64,000 bases of DNA from Caecitellus pseudoparvulus. Its lineage: Eukaryota > Protista > Bigyra: Bicosoecida. Positions within the stretch are counted from its first letter, which is position 1; each line of letters starts with the position of its first letter. Positions 1 through 8,673 of this stretch are shown here, piece after piece. The stretch covers positions 62,297-126,296 of the forward strand of contig CBFFRQ010000090.1 in NCBI GenBank assembly GCA_965644315.1. Direction: 5' to 3'. Under the pieces are notes generated by a model. The model made no database searches. It saw nothing but the letters and a program-made list of their open reading frames with translations, and was not told where the DNA came from. The translations under genes and the position numbers were made by a program.

Positions 1-3000
1 TGCTGCTACTGCGGGGGTTGGGACTGCCTTGCTTGGAAGCTGGAGCTGCACCTGGCTCGCCGCAGGGGGTTCACTGGCGCCTGACGTCACGTCAGACGCC
101 TCGTGCACAGAGGTCTCAGGCGCACATTGCTTCGCGTCGCCGGAAGCGCCTGCTTGGTGTGGCGCTGAGTGACTGCGGGTGATGATGGCTTGTAGTGGCG
201 GGCCACCCCGCATTGATGTATCTGGGCTGGTAGGCTGCGTAGGGTCATGCCGACGCTGGCCTTTGGAGGACCGCCCCGAGGCTGACCCTTGCTCTGCACC
301 ACCAATGGGGCCGTGGTGCGACGGCGCAGACCCCGCAGCGCTTGCTGTGCCACTAACGCTGCGCAAGCCAGATGACGTGGGAGGCGGCGGCTGGGCAAAG
401 AAGGTGCCATCTGCCTCAAGCTGCCGCACGGCTTCAACGAGTGCCGGGCCGTCCATGACAGGCATGGACATGTCACAAATCATGCACTGCAGCGGCGTGA
501 GGAGGTTGTGCAGCGTCGCCAAGGCTTCCTCCCCATCCTTCGCCGTTGCAACGGTGCAGCCCAGGCGTTTCAACGCCCGAGCCATTTGCGTGCGCAGGGG
601 CTTGGAGTCATCCACGAGGAGCACATGCATGGACAGCCGGGAGCGGCTGACAAACGAACGCAAGTTGCTATGGCTGCGTCTGGCTGGAGGAATGCTGCCC
701 GATCCCGAGCTCGCACCTCCAGTAGGCACAACTGGCGGAGCACCAGGAGGAGATGCAGCCACCGACACAACAGCACGGGCTGGAAGTCCTGCACTGTGTG
801 GGGCGAGTGCAGCCGATGGCAGCGCGCACGCGCTCAGTACTGCTGCTGCCGCCTCGGGTGACATCAGCACAGGAAAAGCCAGAGTGAAAGCGCAGCCCTG
901 GTCCCGGCCGGGGGAAGCCACAGTCAAGTTGCCGCCCTGGCTCTGCAACAGCTCGCGCATCAACCACAGGCCCAGACCAGTGCCCTGCTGCTGCATGCCT
1001 GACCGCAGGCGGGAGAAAGGGCGAAACAGGCTGTCCATCTCATCTTCGCTCATCCCTCGGCCGTGGTCTGCGAGGGTGATCTTCATAAGGTACAGGGGCG
1101 TGCTGGAATGGGCACCTCGCGGGGAGTGCAGCCAGTGGCTGGTCAGCTGCTCCCTCGCCTCGTGCGGGTGCACCGAGACACTCAAGTCCAACAGCACCTG
1201 CTTGCGCCCATCAGTAGACTCGCAGAGGCCATACTTTAGCGAGTTTGTAAACAAGTTCACGAGGACTTGTTTCAGCGTCGCAGCGGTCACAGAGGAGCGG
1301 CACTCCAGCCCTGCGCCACAAAGTCCGTGCAGGGCTTGGGGGCCAGCCACAGTGGCAACGTCAGCACTGGTGGAAACCTGAATGTGCACGCTCCCGTCAA
1401 ACTGGGGTGACTCAGGGGCGTCGTAGGTCATGGATAGGTGCCCTGTCAGCTCGAAGAAGTCGCGTAGAGCTGCGGACACATCGAGAAGTGCTGGGGCCAG
1501 CCCTCGGCCGGAACCCCCTCCCACCTGCTGCTTTGCTCGTAAATACACGAGCATGTTGTCCAGTACACCACTGAGCATGGTGAGGGGCTGCTCAAGCGCT
1601 GCTACGTCCTCGCTGAGGGACTGCTCCAGGCGTGCGAGGGAAGCCGCAGCGCCGGCTCCTGCCTGGTCCCCCGTCTTGCTGCTGGCGGTGCTCATGGAGG
1701 CTTTGTGGTCGGGAATAACAGCGAGTGCGAGGGGAGACCGCCCATCTCCAGCTTCTATGAGTGCGCTGGATGCGGACACAAAACTAGCGCCGCGCCTGTG
1801 CCCTGGCACCTTTGACGCTCCACCCTCCGCCGACATGCGCTGCAGCCGCCGGAGGGTGGTGTGCTTCATACTGTCCAGTACCAGCAACGCCACGGCAGCA
1901 GGAGACCGGCATTCATGCGACAGCCAGCGCAGCATCCCTGCAGCCTCCTCGTTGGTGTCCTGCAGGCGCGTCTGCCGCAGCTCCAGCAACGTGGACAAGC
2001 GGCCGACGATGGTTACGAGGATGAGGGCAACACATAGCGTGACGAATGTGAGGGAGATCAAAAGGCGTGCAAAGGAGCCGCTGAATATGCTTCTTTCTGA
2101 GCACGTGGTCGCCAATGCCGCACGCACGTCGGCGTTGTACAGGCTAAGGTGTTCGCCTGATGCCCAGCCGCCTGGTGCCTGGTCAATGGCACAGAGCATG
2201 TCCGCGAAAGCCACGGCTACCGCTACAAACGAGACACTTGACGCAATAACAATCGTAGACACAAAGACAGTGACATACTTCCACGCACTGCGCGTCGCAA
2301 CCTGCCTCACTGGCTCTGGCAGAAGCGGTAGATTGAACCACACCTTGAGACTGTGTGCGGGATCTGCCGGCTCAAGGCGCCCACACCTGAACCACGAGCA
2401 GGCTAGTGCTCGAGCACAGGTGGATTGGGGAAACAAAGTTGCGTATGTGAAAGGAGGAATAATGCACAGGGCCACAGGGGCGAGCACCACGCAAGCTCGC
2501 AGGTCCAGCACCGACAGCAGGAAGCCAGGGAGGCAGGCGAAGAGAACGCAAGCCTGAAGGACCAGACCCATTTTGGAGGCGTGGTCGTGCTCCGGGGGGA
2601 CGACATACAGCAACACCCCCCGGCCCATGGTGTCCACGGCACAGGCGCCCCCCGTGCCCATCACCGCCAGCACCATGCCAGGCATGATCACCTCTGCCTG
2701 CGAAGCAAGTGCGCCCACCAAGGCAGCAGCCGCAAGGCCGATGGGGATAAACACGTCGACGAAGAAGTTGTCATGCACTGCCGCTGTGATGAGCCGGGAC
2801 GTGTGCAAATCAAAGCCACCTGACGCCACTCGAGAGACGGTGTCGCGAGCGACGGCCACCTCGGCTTGGTTCAGCACCAAGGCCACTGGGAGGAAGACAG
2901 CGACGTGAGACACCACCCACTGAATCAAAATACTGCACTCCGTCTGGTATCTGTGCTGATGCTGGGCCTGCTGGCCTCCTATGGACGCTGCGGCGGCTTG

Positions 3001-3222
3001 GCTCACGAGGGCGGCCAGGCTGAGCAAAAACCCCGCAGCGAGCATCCACCGCGCTCGGTCCATGTGTGGGCACCTGCAGCATGTGCATGTCTGTGGAAGT
3101 GCGAGCCGATCCTGCGAATCTTGTGTCACAAGTGCCTCCTTCTTAGCTCCCCCTGCTCCTCTGCCAGGGCTACGCAGAGTGGGCCCCCCGACTGGCTTAC
3201 CCTGGGATGCTTTGGGCTGCAT
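1..3222 (-). CDS. Multi-pass membrane hybrid histidine kinase (TM sensor-HisKA-HATPase-REC), paralog 1; 3' end runs off the window
   Basis: Absent from the ORF track because there is no stop in the window. Manual minus-strand translation from ATG 3222 (alternative ATG 3063) gives a hydrophobic N-terminus, H-box MLRWLSHECRSP (ATG at 1935), N-box QVLVNLFTNSLKYG, DHGRGM..LFRPF, GTGLGLWLMRELLQSQGG and receiver VLLVDDSKPLR...CDMSMPVMDG. The + strand ORFs 179-1381 and 1430-2557 are its antisense shadows. Confidence 0.9.
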   Translation of the reverse strand, partial: MQPKASQGKPVGGPTLRSPGRGAGGAKKEALVTQDSQDRLALPQTCTCCRCPHMDRARWMLAAGFLLSLAALVSQAAAASIGGQQAQHQHRYQTECSILIQWVVSHVAVFLPVALVLNQAEVAVARDTVSRVASGGFDLHTSRLITAAVHDNFFVDVFIPIGLAAAALVGALASQAEVIMPGMVLAVMGTGGACAVDTMGRGVLLYVVPPEHDHASKMGLVLQACVLFACLPGFLLSVLDLRACVVLAPVALCIIPPFTYATLFPQSTCARALACSWFRCGRLEPADPAHSLKVWFNLPLLPEPVRQVATRSAWKYVTVFVSTIVIASSVSFVAVAVAFADMLCAIDQAPGGWASGEHLSLYNADVRAALATTCSERSIFSGSFARLLISLTFVTLCVALILVTIVGRLSTLLELRQTRLQDTNEEAAGMLRWLSHECRSPAAVALLVLDSMKHTTLRRLQRMSAEGGASKVPGHRRGASFVSASSALIEAGDGRSPLALAVIPDHKASMSTASSKTGDQAGAGAAASLARLEQSLSEDVAALEQPLTMLSGVLDNMLVYLRAKQQVGGGSGRGLAPALLDVSAALRDFFELTGHLSMTYDAPESPQFDGSVHIQVSTSADVATVAGPQALHGLCGAGLECRSSVTAATLKQVLVNLFTNSLKYGLCESTDGRKQVLLDLSVSVHPHEAREQLTSHWLHSPRGAHSSTPLYLMKITLADHGRGMSEDEMDSLFRPFSRLRSGMQQQGTGLGLWLMRELLQSQGGNLTVASPGRDQGCAFTLAFPVLMSPEAAAAVLSACALPSAALAPHSAGLPARAVVSVAASPPGAPPVVPTGGASSGSGSIPPARRSHSNLRSFVSRSRLSMHVLLVDDSKPLRTQMARALKRLGCTVATAKDGEEALATLHNLLTPLQCMICDMSMPVMDGPALVEAVRQLEADGTFFAQPPPPTSSGLRSVSGTASAAGSAPSHHGPIGGAEQGSASGRSSKGQRRHDPTQPTSPDTSMRGGPPLQAIITRSHSAPHQAGASGDAKQCAPETSVHEASDVTSGASEPPAASQVQLQLPSKAVPTPAVAA

Positions 3223-3817
3223 CCTGTTGCGCACCTGCCTTCAGCTTGAACAGACAGGCTGCAAGAAGGTGAAGCAACTGGGCGGGACGGTTACGTTCCG
3301 TCGAAAATTGGCTCCAAGAGAGAGATCTGCGCATGAGAGGGGCCGGCGGCGAGGTTTGAGAGCGGCAGCTGAACCCCACACGAACCCGGAAACCGCCCAC
3401 TCATGCAGAAGATGCCAGTTTCTGCATGAAACGCAGGCTTGTTGGACTTCGAACTGAGCTAGCCTAGCGAGCGCTTTGTCGAATCGGCGCTAACTGCACT
3501 TCCTGCTCTACTAAAGCTCTCGTGGAGAAAGCTGAACGCAGCAGAGCTCACTGGGCGCGCACCACAAGGCTGCACCATTTCCAGCGGCACAAAACCGACA
3601 ACGCAGCCGCCATGTGCTAGTGCAAATCTGCTTCTGATCCTTGTTAGGTACGTTGGTTTGCGAGTTAGGCCGCTCAGAGCTCCACCACGTGCAGCGCGCG
3701 GTTGCCAGAGTGACCTGCTTCCCCTGCTGCGGAATAAGCTACCCTGTGCTGGTCCGCATCTACAAACACAGAACCTGTCGCATTCAGTTGAGCAGTGGCA
3801 CTGCCATTCATGTGCTC

Positions 3818-6800
3818 ATGACAAAGTGGGAGTGGGACCCTTCCAGGGTCGCGTTCGCAGGTGCCATCCTGATCTTCGCGGTGGTCACAGTCCTCCAAGC
3901 CGCACTCGTGCTCCCAAAGGAAGCGCAGCATACACAAGACCACAGTGACACTGCCATTGTTGTTCTTTGGCTCGTATGTGCCACCGCCACGGACACATGC
4001 GTACGCACTATCAGCTGCGCCGCGGCAAATGAGCAGTCTGTACAAGGCTCGGGACACACCCAGCACCAGCTCACAGCAGCATCAACCGCCCCCAGCGCGC
4101 ACCCTGCTCTGCGCTCCGGACAGCTCCTGCTGACACTGAGCCTCACCACAAGGACGAGTATGACAGGTGTTGCCCTACTGGCGACGCTGTCGCTCCTCAC
4201 AAGCGGCAGGGTGGTGCTCAGCCCCGAAGTGGCCCTTGCAACGACTGTCCTGGCCATTTGGGGAACAGCAAACTCCATTTGCCGAGCAGCCCTCGTGCAC
4301 TTCGATGAAGGCTTGGCGCAGCTGCCAAAGATTGGCGTCAGCACCTTGCTGTGCTTCGCGCCCCCGATGCTGGCAGCGGTGCTGGCCATCCTTGTTGACG
4401 TGCGCGCAACTGGAGCCGCTGCCGCCCTTTCTGCCATCACACTCCCCATCTGCGCCTTGGTTGTGGTACTCGAGGAATTCGTGCGGCGCACGTTCGACCT
4501 CGGGGTCAGAGTCTGCTCCCCTGAGCAGCAGAGCACGTTTTGGTATCGGTGGTTCTGGACGGAGCCCGTCCCGGAGCACATCCGCAAGACAGCGCTCAAA
4601 GCAGCCGCGAGGTACATCATTCCGTTCGGGATTGCCATTGTCCTCACAGTTGCTGCAGCCATGGGGCTGTACATTGTCGTTGTGGAGCAAGAGTGGTGTG
4701 TGCTGACCCATCCAGACATGCTGCAGGCGTCATGGACTCCAGCGTTCACCCCCCTTGCCTTGCGAGTTCGGGCCGAGTGCGGGCACTTCGGCGCATGGCA
4801 GGGCATGAACTTGCGTGGCGTCATGTGCCTTGCCTCGGTAACGAGCAGCATTTCCTTAAGCGTCATCGGCGCGCTAGCTCGGGTGACTACCTTGCTGCAC
4901 ATGGCTGACGAGGAGCTGCGGGGAGGACAGCAGCAATCTGCAGCCATGCTGCGCTGGCTATCTCACGAATGCCGATCCCCGGTGGCTGTGTCCCTGCTCG
5001 TCATGGACAGCATCCGCAGCGAGGCTGAGGGTGATTTCCAAACCCTCAAACAGGCAGCCCCCAGTGCTGCACGGCACGTGGCTCAGCTCCAGCGGCGCTT
5101 GGAGAAGGACCTGGCCGCAGCTGAGCAGCCACTCAACATGCTCAGTGGCATCTTGGACAACATGCTCGTGTACCTGCATCGAATGGCGAGCGCTGCTGCT
5201 GGCAAGCACCACCAGCTCCCCATAGCACGGGAGCTGGACCTGGGTGTCGCCATTGGCGACTTCCTGGACATCACGCCTCAGCTCATCATGTCATACGATG
5301 TAGAAGAGCCGCAAATCACTGGAGGCGTTACGGTGAAGCTGCCGGACGGCAAGTTGCACTCGGTGAAGGACGACGCGCCGCTGCAGTCCTTGGCAAGCAC
5401 ACGCTTGCGCATGTTCTCCCCCGTCAGCGCGTCCACTGTGCGGCAGGTCCTCATGAACCTCTTCACAAACGCTCTGAAGTATGGGACGACTAGCGTTCGT
5501 GAAGGCGGGCACCCAGTCACGCTGGAGGGCTCGGCCTTCATTGATATTTCAGTCAAGCTGGCGGTTTGTGAGCGTGTCTCGCGCGCCGCTTCGGATTGGG
5601 ACTTCGACCTGGGCTCCGGCGAAGACACGCGGCCATTCCTGCTTCCTATGGAGTCCCTTGCCGTTCCAGTCCAGCCGAGTGCCCACAAAGGCGAGGGGCT
5701 GAGCCCCTCCGTGCACCCAGCCCCAAAGCAAGCCACCGCCGTGGGTGTCCAGCCTGAAGTGGCCCCTCGGGAACCTGGCCGCAGCATGCGCATCTCTATC
5801 AGCGTCTCAGACCAAGGTCGAGGCATGAGTGTGGAGGAACTTGATTCGTTGTTCCGGCCCTTCTCACGCCTGCGCTCCGGGCAGCAGCAAAAGGGCACAG
5901 GGCTCGGCCTGTGGCTGATGAAGGAGCTGCTGCAGAGCCAGGGCGGGGACCTCACGGTCATGTCAAAGGGGGTAGGCAGAGGAAGCACCTTTACTCTGTC
6001 CTTTCCAGGGGTGGTCTTGGACAGCCACTTGAACTGGTTTGTGGGGCTGGCGTGCCTGGATCGCAAGCACACACCCACAGCTGGCAGGCCGCAGCAGAGC
6101 CTGCCCTTGACTGGCGGCATTGCAGGCCAGCGATCCATTTCCGAGGGGCAACAACTGCATGTCTTGCTGGTGGACGATTCCAAGCCCCTGCGCCGCCAGA
6201 TGGCGCGGGCTCTGAAGCGGCTGGGATGTGAGGTGCAGACAGCCGTGGACGGCCAAGATGCGCTGGCTGTGCTGCAGGACTGCCATGAACCCTTGCAATG
6301 CGTTATTTGCGACATGTCCATGCCGGTCATGGACGGGCCTGAAGTTACACGCGCCATTCGCAAGCTAGAGGCAGCAGGGAAGTGCTTCACGCAGCTGCCA
6401 CACAGTGGGGAAGCGAGGCAGACATCCGCTTCGGTCACCACTGCTGACTCCCAGGCCCCGGAAAAGCACCATGATGCCGAGAGTCGAGGTCACGCCAGCC
6501 GCAGCCAGCCACGCTCACTGGTCACAGTTGAAGCCTGGGGGGGCCAGGGCAAGGGGGAGGCGGACTCTGCTGCACCTCCACAGCTCTTCTCCAAACTCAG
6601 CATCGTCAGTATTGAAGAAGAAGAGTTGGAAAGTCGTTCTGGGACGTCGGGCTCAGTGAGCCTGGATGCGCCGCCGGCGCGGGCTGCCGGTGCTTCCCAA
6701 AGCGGCCCATCACCGCACCCGACGAGGCATGCGTTGCGGGAGCGTGAGCCTGGAGGGCTGGACCGCTGCCCCAGCTGGGCACAGAACTCTGCCCAGGGCT

Positions 6801-7054
6801 CGAGCTCCGGGACATCCACTGCATCGTGGGATGCACGGCGGCTGCCCATCATCGGCTTGACAGGCAACGCACTGAAAGCAGACCAGGACGCCTTCCTGCA
6901 AGCTGGCGCAGATCGGGTTCTGACCAAGCCTGTGAACGCTGAGGGGGTGCTCTTGACTCTTCAAGAGCTCACGCGGAAACTCCGCCAGCCTGCAAACATT
7001 GCACTGCAAGTGCCACAGTCTGGCACGCAGCGCGGCTCAGCCAGTGGGCGGTAG
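3818..7054 (+). CDS. Multi-pass membrane hybrid histidine kinase, paralog 2
   Basis: ORF 3641-7054 (first in-frame ATG 3818). It has ~8 hydrophobic segments, H-box WLSHECRSP, N-box NLFTNALKY, G1 DQGRGM, F-box LFRPF, G2 GTGLGL, and REC motifs LLVDD, CDMSMPVMDG, IIGLTGNA and LTKP. Confidence 0.93.
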   Translation: MTKWEWDPSRVAFAGAILIFAVVTVLQAALVLPKEAQHTQDHSDTAIVVLWLVCATATDTCVRTISCAAANEQSVQGSGHTQHQLTAASTAPSAHPALRSGQLLLTLSLTTRTSMTGVALLATLSLLTSGRVVLSPEVALATTVLAIWGTANSICRAALVHFDEGLAQLPKIGVSTLLCFAPPMLAAVLAILVDVRATGAAAALSAITLPICALVVVLEEFVRRTFDLGVRVCSPEQQSTFWYRWFWTEPVPEHIRKTALKAAARYIIPFGIAIVLTVAAAMGLYIVVVEQEWCVLTHPDMLQASWTPAFTPLALRVRAECGHFGAWQGMNLRGVMCLASVTSSISLSVIGALARVTTLLHMADEELRGGQQQSAAMLRWLSHECRSPVAVSLLVMDSIRSEAEGDFQTLKQAAPSAARHVAQLQRRLEKDLAAAEQPLNMLSGILDNMLVYLHRMASAAAGKHHQLPIARELDLGVAIGDFLDITPQLIMSYDVEEPQITGGVTVKLPDGKLHSVKDDAPLQSLASTRLRMFSPVSASTVRQVLMNLFTNALKYGTTSVREGGHPVTLEGSAFIDISVKLAVCERVSRAASDWDFDLGSGEDTRPFLLPMESLAVPVQPSAHKGEGLSPSVHPAPKQATAVGVQPEVAPREPGRSMRISISVSDQGRGMSVEELDSLFRPFSRLRSGQQQKGTGLGLWLMKELLQSQGGDLTVMSKGVGRGSTFTLSFPGVVLDSHLNWFVGLACLDRKHTPTAGRPQQSLPLTGGIAGQRSISEGQQLHVLLVDDSKPLRRQMARALKRLGCEVQTAVDGQDALAVLQDCHEPLQCVICDMSMPVMDGPEVTRAIRKLEAAGKCFTQLPHSGEARQTSASVTTADSQAPEKHHDAESRGHASRSQPRSLVTVEAWGGQGKGEADSAAPPQLFSKLSIVSIEEEELESRSGTSGSVSLDAPPARAAGASQSGPSPHPTRHALREREPGGLDRCPSWAQNSAQGSSSGTSTASWDARRLPIIGLTGNALKADQDAFLQAGADRVLTKPVNAEGVLLTLQELTRKLRQPANIALQVPQSGTQRGSASGR

Positions 7055-7226
7055 CCGCCAGCGAAGAAAACACCCCTGCCAGAAATGCACGGCCCACAGA
7101 AATGGTGGCTAAAAGTCAATAACGGAGGCGGTATTCGCCATTGCATTCGCTCCTGCGCTCAGCGCCTGGATCGGGGCTCACAGTTGCCGGGAGAGCTACA
7201 CAAGGCCAGCCGTTGCAGGCTCCACC

Positions 7227-8636
7227 ATGGCCGCGCAGGCTGCTTCGGGCCCTAAAGAGCAACCACTGACCGAAGGCGTGCTTCTTGCTGCATCTCCCAT
7301 TGGCAGGGGCCGAGGCGAGACGCCAGAGTCCATGCTGCGCAGGGTGTCACACCTGAACCTGCAGCAAAAGAAGCTGAAAACGCTCGTGAGTGCGGCGCGG
7401 CGCATTGGCCGGCATGCAAGGAACAGTACTCAGTCAAGTGAGGACAAGGGTGTCACGTTGTATTTTCCTGCGTATACAGGATGGAGTTGGGCAGTGCCCT
7501 AACTTGCGCACTCTGTATGCGTATGAAAACGAGTTGGCTGGCCTGACTGCGGATTTTGCCATGACACCCAGGCTCACGCATCTGTACCTGTCCAAGAATA
7601 TGATTGCATCATTGCAGTTTCTCGAGAAGGCTAGCCATCTTCAGAAACTGTGTGTGGCACTTGTAGCCATTGAACCCGCAGCGCGGGCCGAACAAGTCAG
7701 TGCTTGTCTCACAGATACCTTGACGGCAACCGCTTGGAGGTCGTATCCGGGCTGGAGGCGTGCAAGTCCCTCGTGGAGCTTGATGTCAGCCACCAATGCG
7801 CTGAGCAGCCGCTCTCTTTTGATGATGCATCCCTGCAAGCAATTAGTGTGCGTCGCCTGCAGGCGCTGCGTGCTACCGCAAGCTGCAGAAGCAGGCCCGC
7901 CCGTTCCTTGCAGGGCACATTGACTCACCTGAACGTGGCCGGTAACGAGCTGACCTCCACCGAACCTCTGGCTGTTCTGTGGCGCCTGACGACTTTGGAC
8001 CTCTCCGACAACGCCCTCCCAGCGCTGGAGGCCCTGCACCCCGTGATGCAGGGCTGTGACGGGTTACAGGAGCTCAAAGCCAGCGGTAACCCCTGCACTG
8101 CAGCAGACTCCGCCCCTCGTCGGGCCAAGGTGGCCGATGCCATCATCTTGGCGGCCCCCACCTCCCTCAGTGTGCTGGATGGGCAGGAGATCTCGCGCGA
8201 GCGGCGCCACTTCCTGTACGCCCGTGAAATGAAGCGGCAGGGGCTGCCGATGCCAGGTGCGCGGGCCCACCAGGGAGCAGATGCTGCAGGCAGCAGGCGC
8301 ATCCCTAAGCATGCGCCCACGGCAGGTGGGCAGCACAGTGTGACGCTGGGAGCAGGGGGTGGCTGGAAGGGGCGCCAGAGCGCAGGCAGCTTCGGCAGGC
8401 CTGGCGCCGGACCTCGCCGCCATGCTTCGGCAGCAGCCCTCCCACCTGCCAGCTCTGGGCCCACCTTCACGGCCGGACTGGCAGAAGCTGTGCCTGGTGG
8501 TCGGCCCATGCCCCGTGAGGGCGTGCAGCGCCCTGCTCCCGTGCCACGGGGCCGGGGAGCAGGGCGCCAAGCTCGTAGCCGGCGGGGCAAGCCGGAGTCC
8601 TCAGGCCTGAGCCTGCATGGGGCAGGGGCGTGGTGA
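7227..8636 (+). CDS. PPP1R42: SDS22-type leucine-rich repeat protein, PPP1R42/LRRC67-like; introns 7386-7479, 7650-7714, 7848-7913
   Basis: The spliced product (GETPESMLRRVSHLNLQQKKL..QCPNLRTLYAYEN..LTHLYLSKN..LQKLYLDGN..LDVSHQ..LSFD..GNP..LSVLDGQEISRERRHFL) follows the PPP1R42 motif order, including the LRRcap. All three introns are GT-AG and restore the frame. Confidence 0.8.
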
Positions 8637-8673
8637 CGGCACTGCTGTGTGTACATTGCGTGTGATGGTGGGC

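Noticed and set aside
179-2557. Long + strand ORFs 179-1381 and 1430-2557
   Set aside because: They are antisense shadows of HK paralog 1; high GC suppresses stop codons.
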